Of a stretch of 64,000 bases of DNA, positions 41,995 to 51,319 are shown in pieces (the stretch's first letter is position 1; every line of letters begins with the position of its first letter). The notes below the pieces were generated by a model, which saw only the letters and a program-made list of their open reading frames with translations, did no database searches and was not told the origin of the DNA. The stretch is taken from contig JAQCBZ010000001.1 in assembly GCA_027621355.1 (NCBI GenBank), positions 53,155 to 117,154 on the forward strand. Direction: 5' to 3'. The position numbers and the translations under genes are program-made. The DNA is from Bacteroidota bacterium (GTDB taxonomy: Bacteria; Bacteroidota; Rhodothermia; Balneolales; Balneolaceae).

Positions 41995-42560
41995 TCGTGC
42001 TCGGCATCGACCCAGGGTCAAGAAGAACAGGAATCGCGGTGATCGAGCAAAAATCACCAGGCGGCCCCATGACGATGCTTATGGCTGAAACCTTGCGCTT
42101 AGAATCGCTAAAACATCATACAGAGCGATTGCTGTTAATTCATGATTCTGTTGAAGAGGCGATTCGGCTTCACAAGCCTAACTTAATGACCATTGAAACC
42201 CCAGTCTACGGCTTAGATCCTTTGGCGATGCTTAAGCTTGGTAGAGCGCAAGCAAGCGCGATTCTAGCGGCAACACGTCATGAGCTTGAGGTGAGAGAGA
42301 TTTATCCAAAAGCGGTGAAAAAGGCAATCACCGGAAATGGGAATGCATCCAAGGAGCAAGTGGCAGGCATGGTTCAAACCTATCTTCCCGGGCAGGAGCT
42401 GCCCACGTCTAAAGATGCTACGGATGCCATCGCTATCGCCCTTTGTGGCATCTTCCATGGGGACTCCATGGCACAAGGCGCGGCGAGCCAGTCGACTCGA
42501 ACCAAAGGAAACTGGTCTCAGTTTGTCAAAGACAATCCAAGTCGAGTGAGGCCATCATGA
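41991..42560 (+). CDS. ruvC: crossover junction endodeoxyribonuclease RuvC
   Basis: MIVLGIDPGSRRTGIAVIE, and C-terminal DATDAIAIALC. Confidence 0.93.
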   Translation: MIVLGIDPGSRRTGIAVIEQKSPGGPMTMLMAETLRLESLKHHTERLLLIHDSVEEAIRLHKPNLMTIETPVYGLDPLAMLKLGRAQASAILAATRHELEVREIYPKAVKKAITGNGNASKEQVAGMVQTYLPGQELPTSKDATDAIAIALCGIFHGDSMAQGAASQSTRTKGNWSQFVKDNPSRVRPS

Positions 42561-43150
42561 TTGTATCGTTATCGGGCAAAATCCTTGAGCTTGAAGAGGG
42601 AATGGTTGTCATTGATGTTGGTGGGGTTGGGTATGGGGTTGAGGCATCACAGACGACATTGCATCAGCTCCCTTCAGCAGGTTCAGAGGTTAGCTTGAAG
42701 ATATACCACCACATTACAGATAATGATCAACGACTTTTTGGGTTTCTAGAGCCGTTAGAAAAACGACTTTTTGAGAAACTAATCACAGTCAAAGGGATTG
42801 GGCCAAAAGGAGCATTAACCATTCTTTCGGGACACCCATACCCAGATTTATTGGAAATCATCGTGTCGGGTCAAACGACTCGGCTCTCTTCGGTTCCAGG
42901 GATTGGGGCGAAAACAGCAGAGAGAATAGTATTGGAGCTTAGGGATAAGCTTGGACAGGTAGACATTACCCACTCGAGGGGGCTGGGGAGTACCGACTCT
43001 CCAAATGATGAGGTTCTTTCGGCCCTTGAAGCCTTAGGATATCCAAAGAAGACAGTAGCCGGGGCGCTGCATGAGCTGGCTGGCTCTGCAAACCCACCCA
43101 CCGAAACAGCAAACTGGATAAAACAGGCCCTGGTGATTTTGAATCGATAA
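42557..43150 (+). CDS. ruvA: Holliday junction DNA helicase subunit RuvA
   Basis: MIVSLSGKILEL...GVGYGV. HhH motifs LITVKGIGPKGAL and SVPGIGAKTAERI. The ATGA overlaps the ruvC stop. Confidence 0.92.
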   Translation: MIVSLSGKILELEEGMVVIDVGGVGYGVEASQTTLHQLPSAGSEVSLKIYHHITDNDQRLFGFLEPLEKRLFEKLITVKGIGPKGALTILSGHPYPDLLEIIVSGQTTRLSSVPGIGAKTAERIVLELRDKLGQVDITHSRGLGSTDSPNDEVLSALEALGYPKKTVAGALHELAGSANPPTETANWIKQALVILNR

Positions 43151-43284
43151 GTTTTGTAAATTCATGTCTATCTTTTGGTTAAAGGTGCTTGATTTGATGG
43201 ATGATTCTTTATCAAAACCGCCAAGCCAAACGATAGAGTTGAGTGTTGTGGCACAGCATATTCACTATAAATCAAAGGGGAACC

Positions 43285-43962
43285 GTGGCAAAGAAGAGCA
43301 TATTAGTTGTAGATGACGAGCATGATCTACTCGATCTGCTGGAATACAATCTTAAAAAAGAAGGATTTAAAGTCTATCTAGCAGACAACGGCGAGAAGGG
43401 AATCAACCTTGCCCAAAAACACCAGCCCGATCTGGTGCTCCTGGATGTGATGATGCCTAAAATGAGTGGGTTTGAGGTGTGTGAAGCCCTTCGTCAAGAT
43501 GCAGACATCAAGAGACTGCCCATTATCTTTTTGACAGCAAAAGATGACGAAGCCTCAGAAGTAGAAGGGCTTACCATTGGCGCAGACGATTACATTACCA
43601 AACCCATCAGCACGGTAAAGCTCGTGACGCGAATCAAGGCCTTACTGCGGCGTTATGAGGAGACCGAAGAGTTTGAGGATCAGCTTCGAGCTCTTGACTT
43701 GGTGATTGACCGAGATCGATACATCGTGGTTCGTGGAGCAGAAGAGTTTCAGCTCCCACGCAAGGAATTTGAGCTACTGTACTTTTTAATGAGCCGACAA
43801 GGCAAGGTTTTAGATCGCCAAACGTTATTAAATAAGGTGTGGGGCGATAATATTTATGTTGTTGACCGCACCGTCGATGTTCATGTCCGAAAAATCCGAG
43901 AAAAACTTGGCGAAGGATATATAGAGACGATCAAAGGGGTGGGCTACCGCTTTCGTGAATGA
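43285..43962 (+). CDS. OmpR/PhoB-family response regulator
   Basis: Receiver domain ILVVDDE...DLVLLDVMMP...LTAK. Winged-helix output VDVHVRKIREKL...GVGYRF. Start guessed at the GTG preceded by aaagggg; the ORF track starts at 43243. Confidence 0.88.
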   Translation: MAKKSILVVDDEHDLLDLLEYNLKKEGFKVYLADNGEKGINLAQKHQPDLVLLDVMMPKMSGFEVCEALRQDADIKRLPIIFLTAKDDEASEVEGLTIGADDYITKPISTVKLVTRIKALLRRYEETEEFEDQLRALDLVIDRDRYIVVRGAEEFQLPRKEFELLYFLMSRQGKVLDRQTLLNKVWGDNIYVVDRTVDVHVRKIREKLGEGYIETIKGVGYRFRE

Positions 43963-45056
43963 GCTTTCAATCGTTACGGCGAGCATTTTCTAGGGCAGCA
44001 TTTAGGCTTTCTTTGCCATTATCAGGCATTGTGGCGGCGCTGGTGGGCATCCTTTTGGTATGGCTATCAGACCTCTTTTGGTACTGGATCATCGCAGCCT
44101 CTTTAAGCTCTGGGATTTTTATGATGGTGTGTAGCTATGCCATTATCCATTTATACCATTTTGACCGGCTTCGTCAGCTCCACTCTATTCTTCGAAATAT
44201 CACCAAAAAGGATTTTGGGGAGTATACTGCACGCCAAATCCATCGAGATGAGTTAGATAGCCTGCTCATGCAAGCCATGCGAGCAAGCGAGACCATGGAG
44301 CGAGAAATCGCCCGATTAAATCGGATTGAAAATTATCGCAAAGAATTTATTGGGGATATGTCCCATGAGCTCAAAACACCCATTTTTGCGATTCAAGGAT
44401 TTGTTGAAACGCTTTTGAATGGGGCGATGAATGATCCAAAGGTGAACAAGCAATTTTTGAGTAGGACCATGAAGAATGTGGACCGACTCATTGTCTTGAT
44501 CCAGGACCTAATGGAGATCTCAAAGCTTGAAACGGGTGAAATGCGCGCCAATATGGAGGATTTTTACCTCAAAGAGTGCTTGCTAGATGTTGTTGACGAG
44601 CTGCAGGTTCGGGCTCAAAAAGAGGGGGTGGAGATCCACGTGCAAGACTTTGATAAACACCTCAAGGTTGTGGCGGACCGCGGGCAAATGCGCCAGGTCT
44701 TTGTGAACTTGATGGAAAATGGAATTAAATATAATAAACCAGGCGGAAGGGTAGATGTTGGCCTGAAGCCGTTTCCTAAACGGAGTGAAAAAATCCTTTT
44801 ATACATAAAAGATACCGGCATTGGGATCGCTCAAGAGGACCTAAATCGGGTCACGGAGCGTTTTTATCGAGTAGATAAATCGAGATCTCGCGATAAAGGG
44901 GGTACAGGGCTTGGTCTATCGATCGTCAAGCATATTGTCATGGCCCACGGGGAAAATCTCTATCTTGAAAGTGAACCTGGAGGGGGGTCTACATTTAGCG
45001 TAACCATTGCGCGCCCCTCCGGAGTGGTATTAAACCCAGAAATGGCAGAGGCGTAA
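43959..45056 (+). CDS. sensor histidine kinase (PhoR-like)
   Basis: Two N-terminal TM helices. H-box SHELKTP, N box NLMENGIKY, G boxes DTGIGI and GGTGLGLSIV. Confidence 0.88.
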   Translation: MSFQSLRRAFSRAAFRLSLPLSGIVAALVGILLVWLSDLFWYWIIAASLSSGIFMMVCSYAIIHLYHFDRLRQLHSILRNITKKDFGEYTARQIHRDELDSLLMQAMRASETMEREIARLNRIENYRKEFIGDMSHELKTPIFAIQGFVETLLNGAMNDPKVNKQFLSRTMKNVDRLIVLIQDLMEISKLETGEMRANMEDFYLKECLLDVVDELQVRAQKEGVEIHVQDFDKHLKVVADRGQMRQVFVNLMENGIKYNKPGGRVDVGLKPFPKRSEKILLYIKDTGIGIAQEDLNRVTERFYRVDKSRSRDKGGTGLGLSIVKHIVMAHGENLYLESEPGGGSTFSVTIARPSGVVLNPEMAEA

Positions 45057-45091
45057 CAGCAAACACCGAACGCACCACAACCTAAGTTCTC

Positions 45092-46216
45092 ATGTCAAAA
45101 TCCCCTAGAATTATCGGAGTTCTCATGGCTGGTGGGTCGGGGACTCGTTTTTGGCCTAAAAGCATGCCGAGCAAGCCGAAACAATTTTTATCGCTTTTTG
45201 GCAACCGAACCATGCTTCAAAACACCGTGAGCCGGCTTGACGGGTGGATAGAGCGCGAAGATTGGCGGGTCGTAACCAATGCAGCGTACCGTGAACTGGT
45301 TCAGCGCCAGCTGCCCTGGATGTCGACGGAACAAATACTGGGCGAGCCTGTTGCTAAGAATACAGCCCCGTGTATCGCGGCAGCTGCGGCTAGTGTGTCG
45401 TCAGGAATTAGGGCGGATGCCGAGGGAGCGCAGGAAGACCCAGTGATGGTCGTGATGCCCTCAGATCATGTGATTCAGGACCCCAAGGCGTTTCAAGCGG
45501 TGTTAGACCACGCTGTAGAGGTTGCCATTCAAAGCGATGCGCTTGTAACGATAGGCATTTCGCCGACGCATCCAGAAACAGGCTATGGATACATTCAATT
45601 TGAAAGCCCATCCAGCGCCCAAAACAGCTCACCCCTTGCGGCATCATTAAATGAGAGAGTTCAGGATTATGAGGTCAAGGCGTTTCGCGAGAAACCAGAC
45701 CGCCAAACGGCTGAACTGTACCTAGAGAAGGGAAATTATGTCTGGAATAGCGGATTGTTTGTTTGGCGACTCTCTTCCTTTTTGGAGGCGCTCAAAGAGA
45801 CCATGCCAGACCTGTATGAGCAGTGTGAATCGCTTGCCTCAAAAGGGATGTCTGAAGAAGCCATTCGTCTCTTTTTTGAGGAAGCAGAATCGATTTCTAT
45901 TGACTATGGGCTCATGGAAAAGGCTACAAACGTCCGGGTGGTTCCAGGTGAATTTGGCTGGAATGATGTGGGTAGTTGGACGGCTGCCTATGATTTAGCC
46001 GCCAAAGATTCTGATGGCAATGCATCCAACGCCGAAGCGCTTGTTTCTGTGGGCGCCATGAATAATTATATTGATGTCGACGAAGGGACAGTGGTTGGGA
46101 TTGTGGGGGTTGAGGGGCTGGCTGTGGTTCAATCCGGGGATCGATTGTTGGTATGCCCTATCGATCAGGCGCAAGAGGTAAAAAAAATCGTGGATGAACT
46201 GAAGAATCGCCAGTGA
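45092..46216 (+). CDS. mannose-1-phosphate guanylyltransferase-like nucleotidyltransferase
   Basis: GVLMAGGSGTRFWPKS and GYGYI. 374 aa, with no PMI/cupin extension. Confidence 0.8.
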   Translation: MSKSPRIIGVLMAGGSGTRFWPKSMPSKPKQFLSLFGNRTMLQNTVSRLDGWIEREDWRVVTNAAYRELVQRQLPWMSTEQILGEPVAKNTAPCIAAAAASVSSGIRADAEGAQEDPVMVVMPSDHVIQDPKAFQAVLDHAVEVAIQSDALVTIGISPTHPETGYGYIQFESPSSAQNSSPLAASLNERVQDYEVKAFREKPDRQTAELYLEKGNYVWNSGLFVWRLSSFLEALKETMPDLYEQCESLASKGMSEEAIRLFFEEAESISIDYGLMEKATNVRVVPGEFGWNDVGSWTAAYDLAAKDSDGNASNAEALVSVGAMNNYIDVDEGTVVGIVGVEGLAVVQSGDRLLVCPIDQAQEVKKIVDELKNRQ

Positions 46217-46253
46217 AACCGCGCGCGAGAAGCTGTGCCTGCCTAACGGAGCT

Positions 46254-47012
46254 TCAAATCCAGAGCACTTGCTGATCATGGGCCAAACGAATGTTTGGTG
46301 GTAAGCCATCATGAGTTTGCTGTGTATCCACACTACCATTCATATGAATAAAGTAGGTTTGGGAGACATCTAGAGTCTCCACTAGCTCAACGGCTTGCTC
46401 AATCGTGAAGTGGCTTGGATGCCCATGACCCCATCGAAGAGCTCCGAGGATTAGTATGTCGGCCCCCTCTACAAGAGGTCGGGACGTGTCGGGTAGGCCT
46501 GATATATCGGTCAGGTATACAAGCTCATTGATGCGATACCCTAAAATTGGAAGTGAGCCATGGAGAATGGGGATGGGGGTAATCGTCGCATCCCCAACCT
46601 CAAAAGGCCCCTCAACAGGAATGCAATCTATATGTGTTGATCCAGGGTATCGATCCGAGCCAAACAAATAGTCAAATCTGTGCTGAATCGAGCTCAAAAT
46701 ACGCTCAGATGAGTAGCAGGGGATGGATTTACCGGCATCATAATTAAACGAGCGTAAGTCATCGATGCCTGTGACATGATCCATGTGCTCATGAGTCACA
46801 AGAAGTGCGTCGATCGAGGATAATCCGCTGGCAAGAGTTTGGAGTCTAAATTCTGGGCCTGCATCAATGAGGATAGAGGCCTCCTCGGTTTGCACCCAAA
46901 GAGAGCACCGTGTTCGCTGATCACGAGGGTCGGAGGAGATAGACTCAGCCCCAAAGCCGCCAGCAACAGGCACGCCCATGGAGGTTCCTGTTCCGAGAAA
47001 GATGACTCTCAT
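46254..47012 (-). CDS. MBL-fold metallo-hydrolase
   Basis: HxHxDH motif THEHMDHVTG; 252 aa. Confidence 0.8.
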   Translation of the reverse strand: MRVIFLGTGTSMGVPVAGGFGAESISSDPRDQRTRCSLWVQTEEASILIDAGPEFRLQTLASGLSSIDALLVTHEHMDHVTGIDDLRSFNYDAGKSIPCYSSERILSSIQHRFDYLFGSDRYPGSTHIDCIPVEGPFEVGDATITPIPILHGSLPILGYRINELVYLTDISGLPDTSRPLVEGADILILGALRWGHGHPSHFTIEQAVELVETLDVSQTYFIHMNGSVDTQQTHDGLPPNIRLAHDQQVLWI

Positions 47013-47362
47013 GATGAATCGGAGGCTTGGGACACATCTTGTTCACCGGGGGAGCGATGATCTTCCTGCTCATCAGGGGAGTGATCAATAGACTGCCTTT
47101 GCGCCTCCTTTGCCCAAAACTCATCTAGGAGCTTCCGAACAGAAGGTTTGATGAAGGTTTGCTCCGTGGCAGGATCGCGCTGGAGGACTCGTGCTAAGGC
47201 GCCAATTTGAGACTCTACAGTGCGTCTTGTGTTTAACACAATGCATTTTTCACCCGAAATCACACAGTGATCACTCACAAAGCTCCCTTTTTCTTTGCGA
47301 ATAGAATACCCGATCGCTTCTGCGAGGGCTTCAAGCTCTAAGACAACTTTTTCGGGCTTCAT
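47009..47362 (-). CDS. hypothetical protein
   Basis: 117-aa ORF whose stop overlaps the MBL gene start by 4 bp. Acidic C-terminal tail. No assignable motif. Confidence 0.4.
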   Translation of the reverse strand: MKPEKVVLELEALAEAIGYSIRKEKGSFVSDHCVISGEKCIVLNTRRTVESQIGALARVLQRDPATEQTFIKPSVRKLLDEFWAKEAQRQSIDHSPDEQEDHRSPGEQDVSQASDSS

Positions 47363-47398
47363 GATAGAGAGGGTGAAAGACTACGGTTACTCGCAACA

Positions 47399-48139
47399 TT
47401 AAAATGAGACGCCAACCATCGCACCCCATCCCGAAAGATCGTAATCATACAACTCGCCATCAATTTCATAGCTCGATGTTTCTGCAGTTATCCGAATAAA
47501 CAATCCCGCATTAAGGGCCTTAGGTCGAGCCCGAAGCTCCCCATGAGCGTATAGGCCCTGAAAGGTGCCTCCAAAGATGGAGCCTTGTGAGTTGCTAAAG
47601 CCAAATGCGCCACCGCCGCCCATTAAGAAGGAAAGCCCATTTCCAGCAGATCGAGCCACGACATCGAATCCTCCTCGAGCTTGGAAAGAGCTTTGTGAAA
47701 AGATCGAGGGGCTTTTGTCGAGAGAGACTTTCATAAACTCAGTACGAATCGCAACGGGAGCCAAGAGTTGAAAGGATGGATTCTCTCCGGCAATGAGTAA
47801 GCGACGCCCTAGCTCTGCATAAATAGACCTTGCTGCAGGATCTTCTAAGCCAACGAGGCCATTCGCAAGCCTAAATCCCAATTTTAGGGAAGGTAATTGT
47901 GCCTCTAGCGTAACCATCGGGTGTTCAAACCCAAAATCAGCCTCTCCTTGGGTAAGATTACCCGACGACTCAAAATGTACAAAGGTAAGGCCTGTTGACA
48001 CCGTGACATTGTTCAAGAAGGTTCGTGGGCTTGAGTCTAAAGACTCTGTAAACATTTGAGCCGACACATGTTGTGGCGCAACGAAGAGGATGCACATTAA
48101 AAGGAGCTTAGCGGATAACGCATTTCTTGGATGTAGCAT
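47399..48139 (-). CDS. putative outer-membrane beta-barrel protein
   Basis: Signal peptide LLLMCILFVAPQHVSAQ, Gly/aromatic beta-strand pattern, and a C-terminal residue F. Start trimmed to MLHPRNAL. Confidence 0.5.
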   Translation of the reverse strand: MLHPRNALSAKLLLMCILFVAPQHVSAQMFTESLDSSPRTFLNNVTVSTGLTFVHFESSGNLTQGEADFGFEHPMVTLEAQLPSLKLGFRLANGLVGLEDPAARSIYAELGRRLLIAGENPSFQLLAPVAIRTEFMKVSLDKSPSIFSQSSFQARGGFDVVARSAGNGLSFLMGGGGAFGFSNSQGSIFGGTFQGLYAHGELRARPKALNAGLFIRITAETSSYEIDGELYDYDLSGWGAMVGVSF

Positions 48140-48222
48140 GGTTTGGAACGAAGAGGGAGTGTTGATGGTTTTTACAAAATACAAGACTATCGTATTGCAG
48201 ACTAACCTATTGAAACTGTACC

Positions 48223-48792
48223 ATGAAAATAGTTGCATTAATGATTCCATTCCTTTTCGGTCTTTTTGGCTCAAATGTCAGTCACGACCCTGCTGTGAAA
48301 ATCGCTACTTCTGTTCACGAGTTTGAAGTAAAGACGATCACGGGTAAAGAGGTCTCATTAGCAGAGTACAAAGGAAAAGTACTTCTCATTGTAAACACCG
48401 CATCAAAGTGTGGATATACCCCACAATACGAGGGGCTACAAGAATTGTACGAAACATATAGAGAACAAGGATTTGAGGTTTTAGGATTTCCTTCAGGTTC
48501 CTTCAAACAAGAATTAAGCTCTGACGAAGATATCGCCGAGTTCTGTGATACTCAGTACAGCGTTACATTTCCCATGTTTTCAAAAGTAGATGTTCGCGGG
48601 AACGAACAACACCCACTCTTTAGTTTTTTGACTGGTGAACACGACAAAGAGTCCATGGGTAATGTGAAATGGAACTTTGAAAAGTTCATCGTGTCCAAGG
48701 ACGGTGAGTTGATAAAGCGTTATAGAAGCCGCACGAAGCCAATGGACAAAGACCTTATTGCACTACTCGAGGCTGAATTAGAGAAAGAGTAG
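48223..48792 (+). CDS. glutathione peroxidase
   Basis: VNTASKCGYTPQY catalytic Cys motif, FPSGSFKQE, WNFEKF. Hydrophobic N-terminal leader. Confidence 0.92.
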   Translation: MKIVALMIPFLFGLFGSNVSHDPAVKIATSVHEFEVKTITGKEVSLAEYKGKVLLIVNTASKCGYTPQYEGLQELYETYREQGFEVLGFPSGSFKQELSSDEDIAEFCDTQYSVTFPMFSKVDVRGNEQHPLFSFLTGEHDKESMGNVKWNFEKFIVSKDGELIKRYRSRTKPMDKDLIALLEAELEKE

Positions 48793-48848
48793 TTGCCTCG
48801 GCCGCGCGCTGTGCACGGCAACATTTTATACCGATCTCCATCCCGATA

Positions 48849-48888
48849 GAGGGCCGTAGTTGTTAAGATTACGGCCCTCCTCTTTTTT
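48849..48888 (+). terminator. rho-independent terminator after gpx
   Basis: 10-bp GC-rich stem: gagggccgta (48849-48858) pairs with tacggccctc (48870-48879). A T6 tract follows. Confidence 0.75.
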
Positions 48889-49045
48889 GGACTAGTGATG
48901 AGTTAAACTCAAGACCGATTAACGGCACCTGGAATATCGTTTGAGGCGAAAGTGTCGGTTCAGTTTTAGGATCTGCGAAGAGCAATAGCGGAGAATCTGG
49001 AGTATTGGAACTTGCTTGTAAGGTCCCTATATTTCAGATTCTCTA

Positions 49046-49066
49046 TGGTCCGGTAGTTCAGTTGGT
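49046..49066 (+). repeat. attL: 21-bp direct repeat, a duplicated 5' stub of tRNA-Asp
   Basis: tggtccggtagttcagttggt is identical to 51319-51339. Confidence 0.9.
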
Positions 49067-49121
49067 AATACACAGATCAGTCATAAGTTATATAAAAACA
49101 ACAACTAACGAACTCTCATAT

Positions 49122-49194
49122 ATGATTACAAGATGATTACAAATCGTTGTTTATTGTCTGTTTGAGGGACCAATGATTACAAGATGATTACAAG
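49122..49194 (+). repeat. left-arm ATGATTACAA(G/A) repeats, two tandem pairs
   Basis: Copies at 49122-49132, 49133-49143, 49173-49183 and 49184-49194, all in the same orientation. Confidence 0.9.
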
Positions 49195-49399
49195 TATTCA
49201 TCATCTGTAATCAGTTCAAGTAAGAACCAGAATAGAAGAGTTCTTTTCTCATCATCATAGATCGGTTGTTAGAATGGAAATGTGGAAGACTGGTGGGATA
49301 TCAGAACCACTCACCATGTATGATTTACAGGTAATAGTATTCTATCTATTTCTGTTATATTACGTAGTATGTCTTAATTACTAACTTAATTAATATTTT

Positions 49400-49741
49400 A
49401 TGGAATATGTTAAATACAGGGATATAAGAGATAAATACTGGTTTAGATACTATCCCTCTTCTAAAACACTATACAATATCTTAAACTTCATAACATTCTT
49501 ATTCATCATCATAGGTATTCTTTTGTTTGTTGGAACTATTATTAGTTTTACTGATGGTGGATTATTAAGTGGGATATTTGGTCTTTGGGTAGGAGGAGTT
49601 TTTGTTGCAATACTGATTCAGATATTCATTTTTAGTTTTCTGAAGGAAATGATCAAATTCCAAGTAGATAAAAACTTCTATTACTACGTTTCATGTAGTG
49701 AAGATTTGAAGAAGATCGTAGAGGATGAAAAGAGTGAGTAA
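49400..49741 (+). CDS. small two-TM membrane protein (element cargo), function unknown
   Basis: 113-aa ORF with two long hydrophobic helices (FITFLFIIIGILLFVGTIISF and IFGLWVGGVFVAILIQIFIFSF). AT-rich codon usage matches the integrase gene. Confidence 0.55.
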   Translation: MEYVKYRDIRDKYWFRYYPSSKTLYNILNFITFLFIIIGILLFVGTIISFTDGGLLSGIFGLWVGGVFVAILIQIFIFSFLKEMIKFQVDKNFYYYVSCSEDLKKIVEDEKSE

Positions 49742-49761
49742 CAACCACAAGTGTGATGAAG

Positions 49762-49779
49762 GTGAAGAAACATCTTCAC
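49762..49779. terminator. hairpin between the convergent cargo ORF and integrase gene
   Basis: gtgaaga-aaca-tcttcac, a 7-bp stem. Flanking partial complementarity could extend the stem. Confidence 0.35.
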
Positions 49780-49798
49780 TTCTTGGAGTTGTGATAAT

Positions 49799-51217
49799 TC
49801 ACTCCCCCTGTAATACAGAGTTTATTTCCTTCAATCTGTTCTTGGTATTCAGTTTCCTTGATTGTGATATAGATAGTTCTTTACTGGTGTGTAAGTAGTA
49901 TTTCTCTATCGTCTGTATTTTGTTTCTGGTCATCTGTGAAAGGACCACAAATGAGGAGTTTTTTGAGTGTAGTTCATAGTTTATCATCATATCCCTCAAA
50001 TCGTGAGTTGAACTTATACCATAATCGGAAAGTCCATTTCCTTCAATCAAGAACTTTGTGAAATACTTCCGTAGTGTATCAACATATGTTGGTATAAGGA
50101 GTATCTCGTTTGAGAACATATATAGAATTGTATCAACTATATTGGTTTGATAGGTAGGTTTTAGGTGGTGTATTTCAAGGTAGGTTTCTTTATATGGGAT
50201 ATGTTCAGGTGGTTTCACCCACGAAAACACATCAAAATCCACATTTACTGAACCCCATTTTCTCTTCCAATAAATGTTGAAGATATATCCATTATCATCA
50301 GTTTCCTCCAAATATGAAAAACCACCTTTCGTAGTGTGTTTGTCATCTTTTATTGTCTTTGACTTATATGTGGTTGTTAGTTCTCCGATACGAAATCCAT
50401 ATACAAGTTGGAGGAAAGAGGTGAAGAATATGATCTTCTCTTTTTGGACTATACCTGTTTTGATATACTCTCTCCAAGTATCCCTCATTTCCTTACTACA
50501 AATCTTCAATAGGTTTATGTATTTCTCTTCTGTGTAGAAATCAGGACGAACTTTGTCCCTTATATTGACTGAATACTGATTCTTGATGTATATAGAAGTT
50601 ATGGGGTGGTAAGGAATAACCTTTTTCCCACTTCTTGGTTCTACCAACTCATCAAGGAACTGACGGAAATGAACGAGAGTCACTCTTATCGTTGATGGTT
50701 TTAGTCCTTTATCAACCAACCATGATATGTAGTCATTTACATACTCCTTGAAACTCTCTCTTTGTAAATCTTTTACTGAAATTGGGTTCAAACCAACAAA
50801 TTCCCTGAACTTTCTAATGTGGGATATGATGTCCTGAATAGTTTTCTTTGTTCTTTCTACTCCTCGTTTATTGTCTGAACCTTCACTCCGTAGTTTGAGT
50901 ATGTAATCATCTATGACTTTTAGAAGAGAGGTTCCCTTTTTGGTATAAGTCCCAACCCCTTCTCTTGTTTTCTCTTTGAGTATTTTGGTTGAGTAGATGA
51001 ATGAGTTGATTTCTTCTCCTTTCTTATCAACTGGACAAAGATAGATTAGACGATTGGAACCCTTTGATTTATTGAAATACCAATAGTGTTTGTCCCCTCG
51101 TTTGATGATTACAAACGAACCCTTGGGAATTGTTTTTTCTGTGTCTTGTAAGTATCTTTGAAGTTCGTTTGAGAAACCGAATTGTTCTTTCATAACTCTG
51201 TAATCGTAATCATACAA
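49799..51217 (-). CDS. tyrosine recombinase / phage-type integrase
   Basis: 472-aa ORF with GFRIGEL (Arg I), HDLRD (HxxR) and EKYYLHTS (candidate nucleophile Tyr) in the order expected for a tyrosine recombinase catalytic domain. Confidence 0.8.
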   Translation of the reverse strand: MYDYDYRVMKEQFGFSNELQRYLQDTEKTIPKGSFVIIKRGDKHYWYFNKSKGSNRLIYLCPVDKKGEEINSFIYSTKILKEKTREGVGTYTKKGTSLLKVIDDYILKLRSEGSDNKRGVERTKKTIQDIISHIRKFREFVGLNPISVKDLQRESFKEYVNDYISWLVDKGLKPSTIRVTLVHFRQFLDELVEPRSGKKVIPYHPITSIYIKNQYSVNIRDKVRPDFYTEEKYINLLKICSKEMRDTWREYIKTGIVQKEKIIFFTSFLQLVYGFRIGELTTTYKSKTIKDDKHTTKGGFSYLEETDDNGYIFNIYWKRKWGSVNVDFDVFSWVKPPEHIPYKETYLEIHHLKPTYQTNIVDTILYMFSNEILLIPTYVDTLRKYFTKFLIEGNGLSDYGISSTHDLRDMMINYELHSKNSSFVVLSQMTRNKIQTIEKYYLHTSKELSISQSRKLNTKNRLKEINSVLQGE

Positions 51218-51238
51218 GGAAGAAAAGGAAAACCCGAA

Positions 51239-51273
51239 ATGATTACAAGAATGATTACAAGAATGATTACAAA
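51239..51273 (+). repeat. right-arm ATGATTACAA(G/A) repeats, three copies at 12-bp spacing
   Basis: Copies at 51239-51249, 51251-51261 and 51263-51273. They lie between the integrase start and the tRNA, in the same orientation as the left-arm copies. Confidence 0.9.
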
Positions 51274-51319
51274 TGGAACTGACAAATCCATAAGTTATTG
51301 AAAATCAATGGTATATACT

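Noticed and set aside
42443-42556. Long N-terminal extension of the ruvA ORF inside ruvC
   Set aside because: The canonical RuvA N-terminus MIVSLSGKI starts at 42557, where the ATGA overlaps the ruvC stop.
48889-49045. ~155-bp unassigned spacer between the gpx terminator and attL, considered as an sRNA
   Set aside because: No stable stem-loops or terminator were found by eye. It most simply holds the native tRNA-Asp promoter region.
49067-49399. Search for an excisionase or other small ORF in the left arm of the mini-element, on both strands
   Set aside because: Only 15-35-codon frames without convincing starts were found. This region is better explained by the 11-mer repeats and regulatory DNA.
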